The translations under genes and the position numbers were made by a program. Under the pieces are notes generated by a model. That model made no database searches. It was not told the origin of the DNA and saw only the letters and a list, made by a program, of their open reading frames with translations. Positions 14,954 to 26,813 of a stretch of DNA of 64,000 bases are shown here, piece by piece. Each line of letters begins with the position of its first letter. Positions within the stretch are counted from its first letter, which is position 1. Origin of the DNA: Yuukianura sp. NJ FZ-2021 (lineage: Eukaryota); assembly GCA_046563655.1 (NCBI GenBank), contig CM102290.1:12586001-12650000 (forward strand). The letters are read 5' to 3'.

Positions 14954-17900
14954 GATCAGAGCTAATAACTGTGATAACTACAACAGAATTCAGTATGCCG
15001 TTGCCATAACTAAAATTCACATTGAATATTCAAATAAAAGTGAAATGCCGGTTACCTAATAAATACTGATGTTGAACAGCTGATGACCTAAAGAGAAATG
15101 ACGTTCAGATGTCCAAGGACTATGTTAAGTACTCGATGCTTAATCAAACAATCATCAATGTATAATGAAAGTTGTACTACTAAAATATGGCCGACGAAAC
15201 CCAGAAAAGAGTACAAGAAGAGACAGACGTTACGATTACACACGAAACACGTATACAATCAAAGTCATATGTTCTCTTCTCGTACTATCAGGGTCCAAAG
15301 TACAAAGTCACTCTAAAAGTTTACGTCCAAACAACACCCCTTAACTATTGAACATGGATATTGCATCATAGTTGGACACATCTTTAAATTCCTTGGTCAT
15401 AGATTATGAGGTCATAATAAAATTAGACGGCAGATTTTGCGCTAAACCGTGACGATTATTTAATTAGTAGCTACGACTGTGGCAAATTATGTAGCTGGGT
15501 ATTCCTCCTGGAAGCCAAAAAATACTGCAAGTATTCCCAAATGCGAAGTTCAAGCATTCTAAAAAATTCACTTATTAATGGCATTTTTCACACCTAACCT
15601 CGTGCTGAAGTTAGGATTGGAATATTTGACATATTGATATAATTTCCAATACTTTGATTCCACTTGGTTCAACTACTGTCAAAAATTCTCAATTTGCTAT
15701 CACTATCAGGTAAAGTGGAAAACAATTAATGGTGTGAAAAAGTGATTGATGTCATCACTATTTTAAGAATGAAAAAAATTGAATGGCCTACTTGCCAAAA
15801 AAATTTTTAAGTTAACATACATTTCTCATTTAGAACACCTCCATGCAAAAACCAACAAAAAAAAAAAGGATTGATTGATAACTTGTGTAGCGTAGCGTAG
15901 TCGAATTTTATATAACATTTTTTTGAAAATTTAAAAATGGATGGATTTAATGAAGAAACTTCTACTTCAACTACTGTATTCGAGTAAAGCATTTAAAAAT
16001 GTTCATTCACTTTGTACATACAATTCGGACGCTTAAAAATTCTACACCGGAGATGAAATTATGTTTTTGACAAAAATAAAAAAAAAATCGAATACGAAAA
16101 ATTGGCTCAAAGTTTATTGGCGCAACAACAATAAATGTCAATTATAAATGAATTTCAATTAACTTTTCAAACGACTGGATCAAAAATTTGAAAAAGTAGA
16201 CAACAAAAATACTTTTTTTAAAATTATCTTCACTGCAAATATCTTTGGCTGATGAAATGCGGAAAAAAATGCATAGGGATCGAATTTACATTTTCAAACA
16301 TTTTCAAAATGTTGCCTTCCACTTTTTTTTCACAAAAGCTTCCAAAAATTTAATAATGTGACAAAACCACTCCTAACCTAATCCAACTTAATCTGTCAAA
16401 TGGATTGATAACTGATGCATTTAGAGCATTGCGGAGTTGTCATGACTCAAGTACACTACTTACGATTAGTTAAGGTGTTCCAGAAGTCGACACGTAGCAA
16501 CCGTCACGGTCACCGTCTATACCTTGCATAACTTTTGTGTAACGTTTTCAGACTGTAATTGTCTGTGTACAATCTAATTATTGTGCTGTATAGACAACAA
16601 TCGCTTGTCAACTTTCGGATTCATGCCTGACTTAATTAGTATCAGAACTTCTGTCGTCATAGGAACAGCCTTCAGCATCCGCTTTCTGTTTATACTTACT
16701 TAATTCAGCATTCAGCGCCATTGTATTCCCTTTTTCAAATTAGCAGTTGTTGACTCAAATCCTGCAAATTATACCAGATTTTCAAGTTCCAGGAAACTCG
16801 TCACGCCAATTCTTAATTTGCAATCCCCTGCTCCTAAAATTTCAAAAAACAGCTATGATTATCAATGATTCGATCAATTTTGATTTTTACTGGAAAAGGG
16901 GGAGGGGTGGTTCTGAGGGGGGGGGGGCTGGCTGATGCATCAATTTAGAAATTCAAAACCCGAAATTCTGCAGAAATTTTTTCTTGGAAGCTTTTGAAGA
17001 GATTTGGGTATGAATTTTTACGTAGAAATACACTGCGGTTTAAAAATAAAAATGAACAACACAGGAACAAATAGTTCAAAACTCAAACTGGCAGTAAAGT
17101 ATTGAATATCTTATTATGCTGCGAATCCTGTCAAAAGACTTTTCTATGTTTTGTCCAATTACTTTGCGTTTGTGGGGTAACGCTTGCTCAATCCGCTGAA
17201 TTCTAAGGCGTATTTGTAACTATAGTAGTTTGTAGCAGATAGACAATAGGTAAATAAGTAACCATTGGTGGGGGAAGGGGCGGGGCACGGAGTTTTTCGA
17301 TTTGGGGGGGTCCTGGATTTGGTGGGGGGGGGGGGCATGGAGTTCCTGGATTCTGAGAACTCCGGGATTTTATCATGAAAGTGGAACATTCCTTAGCAAC
17401 GACGAATCCATGCTCTGGCCATGGACTTTCTATTTCTAAATAGAAAGTAGGCACGTGGCGCGGCGGTGAAAGTGCACGCATTTCCATCATCTCCCTCCAA
17501 CTTGTCGTATGTTCATGTCACCTCAAAAATAACTTTTGGTTAAATACTACTTTTTACATGAAAAAACGCAACTGCTCATGTTCTTGACTTCTTTGTGGCA
17601 GTTTAAAAAGTTAATATAAAAATTTGGACTCTAGATTTTCCATGAGACACGATGAGATTTGAAACTCGTTTTGCCGTTTTCAGCAGAAACGGAAATTGAA
17701 AAGCGAAAAAAATTGTGCTGAAAGAAGGCTCGATTTTTAATAAGAAGCGAATACTTTTCTCCGTAGCTGGAGCTGATTTGCTAAACTTTTGCTGTTTAAC
17801 ATTAATGTTCACATTTGTGAATTTTCGCATGTTTTTTTTTGTTGCTGCTTGAGGACGCTATAAATGATTTCCATTTGGTTGATGCGGCTCGTGTGTGGTA

Positions 17901-18285
17901 TGTGAACTCTAAAAATTCAAGGTCAACGACTATGTTTTCTGTGTCTCTGGATACTGGCTAACTTTTATCAACCTTATCGTTGTGAACTTGACTGAAACTG
18001 TTTAATAGTGATGGGAGCTCAATAGCACTAGATACTATGTCCACTGATTAACTAGGTCGACACCCCTCCTTGTCATACACATAGTCCATAACGTAAGTAT
18101 AAGCAACCGGCGTCCGTTGTGCAGAAACTGGTTCTCCAGTAGGTAACTAATAGCAAGGAAGACTATTACAGTAGTTTAGTTGATAAGTGCTAAGCAAAGT
18201 ACTAATTCAATTGATTATTCCTATATAATTTACTGAGTTTGCTCTTCTTTGGTCCAGTATCTGTCCGTCCCGACCATCAAACGTC

Positions 18286-18423
18286 GAAATCCGGATTTCG
18301 GATTTTCAGGGATTTTGATTAAGAAATCCGGATTTCGGATTTTCACGAATTTTGATTAAGAAATCCGGATGTCGGATTTTCACGGATTTTGATTAAGAAA
18401 TCCGGATTTCGGATTTTGATTAA
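18286..18423. repeat. 37-bp tandem repeat (3 full units + 1 deleted unit)
   Basis: Unit gaaatccggatttcggattttca(g/c)ggattttgattaa; each unit opens with the 14-bp palindrome gaaatccggatttc (one mismatch in unit 3). Confidence 0.9.
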
Positions 18424-19073
18424 GAAAGACGGATTTACATCCCTAAGACTGACAGACGCAACAGGCAACCTGTCCAATAACAAAACAAATTTAGGTCTTA
18501 AGATCTGGAGAAGTAGACATTGTAGTTGCATGAGAGTGAGGAAGTTGTCCAGAAAACTACGTTGTTGTGTCCTTACCTTGGCAGTTCTTGATCATCCCGG
18601 AGCGGACGACGACGGGTGGGTGTAACGTGTGAAAGTTTCATATTGGGGAGACAAGCTAAGCGACTGCTCAAAATGCATACACGCCTGTACCTGGATCTAA
18701 AGGTGTTGTTGGAGTTTTAGTTTCAGGGAGTTCCAGTATATACTCTGGATCTCAACTGGAGAAGTTCTCCAGTAAAAGTGAAAAGTCGGTGGCATCGACA
18801 TCACCGCAACAGTCAATCCCTAATCCCCAGTCAGCCTCCAAATAATCAACTGAGGACGTATTTCCCATTCCCAGTATCCAGTGCCAACTTTCTCAAAAAA
18901 GTGTCAGTGTTGCTCAACATTCCATCCAGGAAAACTAAACGTCGCTTTAATCTTTTTTACGAGACGGTCGGAACATCAACACAAACCGGACTTGAAAGCC
19001 ATCCAGCACAGTATCGTTTTTCGAACAACATTTTTGAACTAGTCGCTCAAAAACTGGAGCCACAATAGGTAGA

Positions 19074-22000
19074 ATGGCTACTGTCGAATCCCCTCCAGAG
19101 GATCCTATGATCCGGTGGCGTAACTACCAGCATCTCATTTGGTCACAGCAACAAATCCATCTTCAGATTCAGCAGCAACAACTTCTTCAACATGAAGCCA
19201 ACAACAATCACTCCAGTAAGTTTAAAAAAAATTAAAAATTGGTAGGATTTTTTCGGTTTTTGAATTCTGTAATTTCCATTTTCTGTTTACTTGGATTTCA
19301 TGAAATGTATTACACGCGGGTACTATCTGCGGATAATGTATTACATGCAGGTAATTAGACTCGTCAAAAGGAATTAAAAATGGTATCAATTAGCTAAAGA
19401 TTTTGAAATTTCAATAAGCTAAATATTTTGAAATTTGCAATTCACAGGTTTTTAGCATATCTTCGGTTGTTGTTCTTTTCAAGTCGTTCGCCCCCACTAG
19501 GAAGAGTCAGTTTCTGGATTTCATTTAAAGTCTTGCACTTTCTTTCATGAAACCTGAATTTTTAAACAACACGAAAAATTTACTGGTTTGACTAGTCGTT
19601 TTCCAGAATCTAAAAAAGATACTCATGGGAATTAAAAAAAAAGTGGTTACTACTTGCACGTGCTGTTTTTTGTATTGTTTTGTCTGTGATCAACTTTTTG
19701 TTTCGAACTTTTTCAACTGCAACATCGAACTCTACTTTTTTCCGTCCATAAGTTTTGAAGGTACTAATTGCAAAATGATTTTTTTGTTGAAATTTTTACA
19801 TCTTTTTGCATTTTTACATTTTTATATCTTTTGTGTCTTGGGAATTTCTAAATGTCGAAATCTCTAAAGTGCCTAAACTCCTTGTTTGCTGAATTCAAAA
19901 GTCATGTTGAGTGTGGCCAAATCTAGAGTTAACCTTGACCTAAGGCATTGGTTGACCTTGCTATTGAAAAAAATGGGCGGATAAGATTTGAGCAGCGCGT
20001 GGAAATTGCCTATTACTTTTTGATTTTCGTTTGACTTGATTCCATGAATTCCATGAATAGAACTTTATTTGTCCACTTGCGTCTAGTAACTAGCTGGAAC
20101 GGATACCCGGACTCTCATGTACGGTTACTTGTGCACCGGTATTCTCATGGACACACTCAGAACCTAGCCAAACTTGACCTAAAATTGTGCAAAAGTAACC
20201 GTGCGTGAGTGTCATGGGCATAAGTGTCCTGCCCATGAGTTACCGTTCGTAAGTGACTGGTTATGGGCCGGAAGACACACGTGTTGCTCCTATTGATTGA
20301 ATTCATGAATAACTTAAGAACTGGGAAAGCGATGAAGGTGAGCTGGAATGACCTGGGTAGTTTTTAGGTCATCAAATGAAAATACCAAAATAAATTAAGC
20401 GTCAAACGCCATCTAAAACCGAGCTGGAACGACCGGACACGGTTTAATTTCATTAATTGTAAATGGGAAGCGATCGCTTCATGTCCTCCAGTGTCGGTGG
20501 ATGCCTAAACGTCCAGTGGCGTAATTACCGGTTCCACCCGATATCCACTGGAAGAAATTTGCCCCAAATGGACGAAACTATAGCGGATAAGAAATCAAAA
20601 ATTTAGGACGAAATTCAAAAAAAAAAAAAAAATTAATAATAAATTTAAAATTAAAGAATGATGTCAAAAATGTTTCCTGTCACCGTTAAAATTAATTAAA
20701 TATTTAAAACCTTACTTAAAAACGATATTTAATTCGTTTTTATACTATATTTTCATTTTCTTAAGCTTATTCAATGAATTCCAACCCCGAGGGCAAAACT
20801 ACACGCCACTTGGAATTCATCAATTTCGTCCATTTCTTCCACTGGCTATCCAGCCGTGGATGAAATGCCGAAAAGGAATAGATATCCAGCAACATTGATG
20901 CCCTCCAGCTCACCGGCAATCACCCTAACGTAATAATTCATAATGGAAGTTATGTTTAGGTTGTTGCTTGGTAATTCTGGAACGAGTCGCGTGACCCAAT
21001 GCTCCACTATACGATAGGATGTGTTCCAGTATATTTAGGTGGTCAGTTCTGGTGTACTCACGTTGTATTTATAAGTATTTTGGGGTAGTACTGGATAGTG
21101 TATGGTCTGGAAATGGCCTGAGGCTGCCACGTGCCGACAATTAGCTTCTCTCTTTTTATTTTCTCACGGAATCTGCTTCTCTTGACCTTGAAAACACTAA
21201 CTTTACTACATGTACTAAAGTGACCTTGTGTACTTGCTCACAGGGGAAACGTACTTGTCCGCGGTCTCTTTTCGTTTTTTACCACTAAATTTCCAGTTTT
21301 GCTCATTTGGTAATCACTACTCAACAGACCTGCGAAACATATTTACTAAAAACCTGCGAAATATTTAAATAAATACAATATTTACAGAAAAAAGTTCAAA
21401 ATATTTACGAACGGAACATTAAGAGCGTGGGCGAATAAATATTTAGTACATAACCAGAAATAAACGAAATATCGATTTTGTTAGCATTAAAGGCATGGGA
21501 ACCAAATATTTTTGGCATGGCTGGTAATCAATTACCCTAACAATTCAGTTCAAGGTCAAGGGCCAAAAAACTGAAAAAGTGAAGTCATTGGATGAGCGTT
21601 GATTCAAAATATGATACAAAGGCCTAAAATTTGGAGTTATTGCATTTTAATTTCAAAATGAAATTTAATTTCCGAAATAAGAATGAAAATAATGAAGTAA
21701 CAGATTCCGAAAGCTTCTGGCAAGGCTAGGTTACGTGTCATAATTTGAGCATCTCGGTTTCTATGCATCTCTTAATTAGCTACTTTCACTGCAAATTGTA
21801 GTATTTGTGCACCAACTTCAATTAACGTAACATTCTGAGTTACAGTCTTTTTGGTTACTCCTGGGAAGGTAACCACACAAAATTTCTTCTCAGAAAGATC
21901 TTTTTTCGGATCAAAATTGCTCTCTTTTGAAAGTGTTTTGATTCTGGGTTGTTTTTGGAGCTGCTTTAGTTGGTACCAAGAAATTGACATGGGAGTTGGA

Positions 22001-25000
22001 GCTACGCCGGTATGAAATGGCTTCCATTTTTTCTTAAGTGAATAGCAATGTCCATGAGGAAATCAATCATGAGATTGTCCGTTCATTTATGATTCATAGT
22101 AAAAAAATTAACTAATGGATTTGGATCTCTAACTTACGCTATGGGGCTCGCGTTCCGCCAAAAAGTTTTTAAAAATTTAAGTCAATCTAACCAAAAAGTC
22201 TAACGGGTTTGGACTTTCTAGGAGTGAAGATTTGAAGCGTAGCCTGAAAATTTCTTACCGGAAAAGAAGAAAAAAAAAAACAGAAATAATTGGGGTAACT
22301 TAAACCGGGCGAAATCCTTGAGAAATGTACAGGAAATTTGAGAAAACCAAAATCTAGCAGGATTTTCTAGATTTTAATGGAAGGTCGGGGGAGGTTATTT
22401 CGGTGATTTCAGTTTTCTGTGAAACTTGTACCGTAAATTTCCAAATAGTACCCCGGTTCCAAATGTTCCAAATTTAAAAAATTGTATTTCCAAATAGTAC
22501 TTTGGGCTGATTCCAAACCTTCGAAATTATGTTTCCAAACAGTACCCCGTTCCAAATCTTCCAAATTTTCAAAATCGTGTTTCCAAACAGTACCAGGTTC
22601 CAAATCTTAATTCTCAAAATTAACTATATGTCCAAATAGTACCCCGATGGTACTTATTTGGAAATCGGCGGTACTTGAACTTAACTTACTAGATTTTAGA
22701 GAAATTGAATCTAATTCAGAAAAATGATCTTATTTCGATTTTTGAAGAAAACTAAAAAAATTGTTTATTTTGTTTTGCGTAGATGGAAAAAGCGAAGATT
22801 CGAGTGGAGGTCGTGTCAATGCGTTACCGTTGACCAAAACCATGCCGAACGAATCTTCTGAAGAAAATGCCAAGAACATTGGTGACTCCTGGGAACAAGT
22901 TGACATACACTCAGCGTTTCTAGGACCGACACTCTGGGACAAGCGCTTGCCATATGACGGGCATGACTTCAAGGTAGGCAAACCTGTACGCACAAACACT
23001 TATTTCTTTTTTTGCTCACATTTATTTTGAATTAACAGGGAGATTAATCAATTCAGTTACTTAATTCCAGTTGGAGTACGTGGATTTAGAGGAGTTCCTA
23101 ACTGAAAACGGAATTCCAGTGGATGAGCATGGGAAGCATTTGAACTTGGCGCCACCAGCAGGTCTCCGCCGCCCCACCCCTGAACCACTCCCCGTCTCTG
23201 CATTTCCTTTGCCACCGCCATTCTATCCAGGCCGTGGGGACAGTCATGGTGGCTATGCCATGTCTCACCATGACAACGGCCCACTGGCTTCTGACTACGC
23301 TTCATCGTCTCCCTCTCCCTCACCCAGTACGAGTAGCTTGAGTCAGGACATGACGAACGACTCCAGCTCAGCACCTTGTGAGTTTTAAGTATTACACTAA
23401 CGCCTAAACTGCTTAAGGTGGCCAAGGTTTCTTGATAACGGACTTGTATTTCCTACAACAGGTTGTCCAATAACTCAGGGTTTTCAAAAATCTTGCTTCA
23501 AACAACTTTTACCACCAATTTTGTTTATACATTTTCCCCATTTTTTTTGAACACTTGAAATCGCATAAGAATAAAATAAAAGTGAAAAAAAAAATCGAAA
23601 CTTGTGTTAGAAATGGAGGCGAAGTATAACCCGTCTTGTTTTTAAAAATTTTGGCAACAAAATTGAAAAAACCCGAGTAACCCAACCTGGTGTAGAAAAA
23701 ACGTTTTCTTTGTTTACGAACCTTGAAGGCAGCAGTTTTTTTTGGCTGGAAGTTTGAATTTGAGTCTAACGTTGTACGTTTTATTTGAAATCTTAGCAGA
23801 TCAAGCATCCGTCCCTGGACATGAATTTGATCCTAGGATACGAATGTTCTCAACAGATGAACTCAAACCACAACCCATGATTAAAAAGTCAAAGAAACAG
23901 GTAAGAATCCCAGAATGTTGCAATTCATCTTACTATTTATAGCAACCTAAGCTGAAAAAAACCTGGAAGTTTTTCTACTGAGCGATCAGCGAAAAAGAAA
24001 TGAACGTTTTTACAAAAATCTCAAATCGCCCCAACCGCATTCGAGATTGGTTGAACAATTTATTTTTAAATCTTTTTAACTTTTTTAGTTAATTACTCAA
24101 GAAATTTCAAATGGGATTGGGGTGATTTTTGTAAAAACGTTCGTTTTTTTTGGCTGTTTGCTCAGCAAACACTCCAACGTTTTTTCCAGGGTCGGTTGCT
24201 GTGATTAGTACTTTTGGAAGCTCAAAAACATTGTTCCGGTACCCCGCCCGCCCCAAAAACCCGGCAGCTAGCGGAGTTATCTCCGGTTCTCCTTTCTCCT
24301 TGACAGAATTCGGAGAAAACCTGTTGCCGGTTGCTTGACAACCAAGTCTTTTTTAGTTTCCAAAACTCGTGGCTTTTTGAAACAATACTTTTGTTGGCAG
24401 AAGAAAAGAAAGCGAAAGCTTGAGGGCTTCTCCGCAACCAAAAAGAAAGGCTGGTGCGAGGTGCTATGACAACGAAGCTGCTTAAATAACAAAGGGAGGC
24501 CTTATAGGCGACGTACATAAAAAGTGTAAAACAGAGATACAGTCAAACCTCTCATTCCGAAACTTTTATTTGGCATTTTCGTCTGAGAATTAAAGTAAGG
24601 ATTAATGATCGGCATTGTGACCGCACTGTGTAGCCGTTAAGGTTAATCTTGTGTGGCTACACTAAGCTTCTACTCCTGAGTGGCAACATTTGCGCCTACT
24701 CAGTAAGTGGCAACATTTGCGGCGACTCTAGCCCAACAAAATCTAACCTAAAGTGGCAACATAAGTAGCCGCCCATTGAGGCTCCACCATTCGGCTACAA
24801 TAACGATCGTTAAAGTTTACTGCAACACGTTCACTATGCTAATATTCAGAAAGTTTATGGCAGAGGTGGTAGCCTGCAGGTAATCCTGCGCAGGTTGCAG
24901 GCCAACCTGTAGCCCGTGCAGGCGGGCTCAACCTGCGGTGGATTTTTGCAGGCTGCAGGCGTGCAGGTTTTTATTTGGAAATGTTGCAGGCGAGCGGGTT

Positions 25001-26089
25001 CAGCTGCAATGCTCTGCAGGCGCCTGCATTTGGCCTGCAGGCTGCGGGTTGTGATTTTTTGAGTGTTTCATTCTCAGAAACTTCAAGAAAAGATAGAAAC
25101 GAATAGAAAAATTACTTTGGAATGTTGAAGAATTAAAGTCAATGGAACTAATGTAAACTTTTTGCTGCACATTAGTTGCACTATAGGGCTTTTAAACAAT
25201 AAATAATGAATCCGGAGGCAGAAGAAATATGGTTAAGTAAAGTAGGCGTTACACTTGCACGTGTAGACAACGCAAGATTTGACAGTATAACTTTTGCGGA
25301 TTTTTTTGTGCAAGGATCAAGAATTTTTAAAAGTTAAACAAACCCAAAGTAAGGTAGCAGTGTCGCCAACAATTTATTACTAGGAATTTTTCTCCCTACG
25401 TGTTTGGAAAGGATAACCGACAGATAATCGAGGGTGATTGAGTAATTGCCATTATACGCAAACGAATCTACGCAGTAGTTGTAAGTGTATATTAAAATTT
25501 TCGCAGATTACAGTTCGTATAAAAAAATTGCAGGCTAACTGCAGGCAGCCTGCGCAGGCTGCAGGCTGGCCTGCCAAAGAGCCTTGCAGGTGCAGGCGTG
25601 CAGGCTGCCGATTTTCGATAATTTTGCAGGCTGCAGGCGTGCAGGCTAAAAATTCCTGCAGTGCAGGCGGGGCAGGTTGGGGAAAATAGTTGCAGGCTAC
25701 CACCTCTGGTTTATGGTATCCGCGAAAAACTCCGTGATTGGTAGGTTTACAACCAATAGAACTTTGAGCTTTGACTGTAGCCATCACTGAACCGTGAAAA
25801 ATCAAGGTGACATCAAAAATAAGCATGTTTTCCTTGTTATTTTTTTTAGTACGTTCCTGATGATGCCAAAGACGCCAAGTACTGGATGCGAAGGCGGAAG
25901 AACAACATGGCTGCCAAACGTTCTCGAGATGCTCGTCGAGTCAAAGAGAATCAAATTGCAATGCGAGCTTGCTACCTGGAAAAAGAAAATCAGTTCATCA
26001 AGCAAGAACTGGAAAGAGTCCAGAAGGAAAATTCACTACTCAAGGAACAGCTCACTCGGTTCACATACAGTGAGCCATCAAGACGCTGA
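19074..26089 (+). CDS. Pdp1: PAR-domain bZIP transcription factor (Pdp1/HLF/TEF/DBP family)
   Basis: Exons 19074-19215 (Gln-rich, [13 protein letters not shown]), 22783-22973 ([15 protein letters not shown]), 23071-23377 ([15 protein letters not shown]), 23797-23900 ([24 protein letters not shown]), 25850-26089 ([21 protein letters not shown]...LEKEN zipper). Confidence 0.92.
20489..20897. mobile_element. hAT-like non-autonomous element in Pdp1 intron 1
   Basis: Ends cagtgtcg.../...caacattg; flanks atgtcctc vs atgccctc (7/8 TSD). About 70 bp of the right end recurs in inverted orientation at 43029-43099. Confidence 0.7.
22438..22663. repeat. Degenerate ~45-50 bp tandem repeat
   Basis: About five copies of ttccaaa(t/c)agtacc...ttccaaat, ending in an inverted copy (ggtacttatttggaaa). 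Confidence 0.75.
23423..23725. mobile_element. MITE with CAAGG...CCTTG termini (P-element-like), copy 1
   Basis: Imperfect TIRs; flanks aaggtggc/aaggcagc; both ends match 58926-59151 in reverse orientation. Confidence 0.75.
23941..24200. mobile_element. Foldback/MITE-like inverted repeat
   Basis: Arms of about 100 bp: agcaacc...ctgagc...gaacgtttttacaaaaatc vs gatttttgtaaaaacgttc...gctcag...ggttgct. Confidence 0.7.
24540..25777. mobile_element. Tc1/pogo-like MITE (TA TSD) hosting nested insertions
   Basis: ta|cagtcaaacctctc ... gagctttgactg|ta; same terminus type as 42987 and 60290. Confidence 0.6.
24861..25708. mobile_element. hAT-like non-autonomous element
   Basis: Perfect 18-bp TIR cagaggtggtagcctgca / tgcaggctaccacctctg, perfect 8-bp TSD gtttatgg (24853-60, 25709-16), many subterminal tgcagg motifs. 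Confidence 0.93.
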
Positions 26090-26559
26090 TTGGTCCAGCA
26101 GTCCGTGACGTGTATGGTCACCCGGAACCAACCAACTACTCAATGTGCCCAATCACCTGATGATGGGATTCTGCTACATACTCTGCCCCACGTCCTTCAA
26201 CAAGAAACCAGACGTCCCGTGCCCATTCCGTCGTGCGTTGTCGTCGTTCGTCGTGTGCCGTGTCGTCAATTGTCTGTTGTTAATCTTGCAACTTCAATGT
26301 GATATAAAGAATGGAACTAACTGGGTACCAAAAGCAGTGACGAAAGAGGGTGACTAAACTACACTAGTACCGGAGTACCTGTTTGTATCTTATGTCGTGT
26401 GACTAGAGAAATCTCTGTGGTGATGTCGATGTTATAACTCAAGAGCTCTCAAAACATATTCTAAACAATTAATTGTTAACGTCAATTTAAGGTTAAGGTT
26501 AGGTCACAGGGTACATTCTGTCAATGGCTCACTCTAACATGCTACAAAGTCGGTTCCTC

Positions 26560-26813
26560 CAGATCATTAGCACGAAAACAATAAGCGCGAAATCCGCAAC
26601 TTGGCAACACTGAGCTTTATTATCAACAAAATCTAACCGAACACGCACCTTTAAAAACCCACTCCTTCTAAAAACCTAATCTATACCTTGAAAAAAACCT
26701 ATCATAACGTCTTTTAAAAACCTAACATTTGAAACCCAACGCCATTTACTTAGTTAGTTCCATTGTTGCCAACTTGAAGAATTCGCGCTTATGGACTTCA
26801 CGCTAATGACCTG
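26560..26813. mobile_element. MITE-like element with ~53-bp imperfect TIRs
   Basis: cagatcattagcacgaaaacaataagcgcgaaatccgcaacttggcaacactg vs reverse complement caggtcattagcgtgaagtccataagcgcgaattcttcaagttggcaacaatg; no clear TSD. Confidence 0.7.

Noticed and set aside
18286..18423. CRISPR-like array of palindromic repeats
   Set aside because: Units are contiguous with no unique spacers, no cas genes, and the context is eukaryotic.
25438..25826. ORFs rich in AG/PA motifs
   Set aside because: Translation artefacts of tgcagg subterminal repeats of the hAT element.
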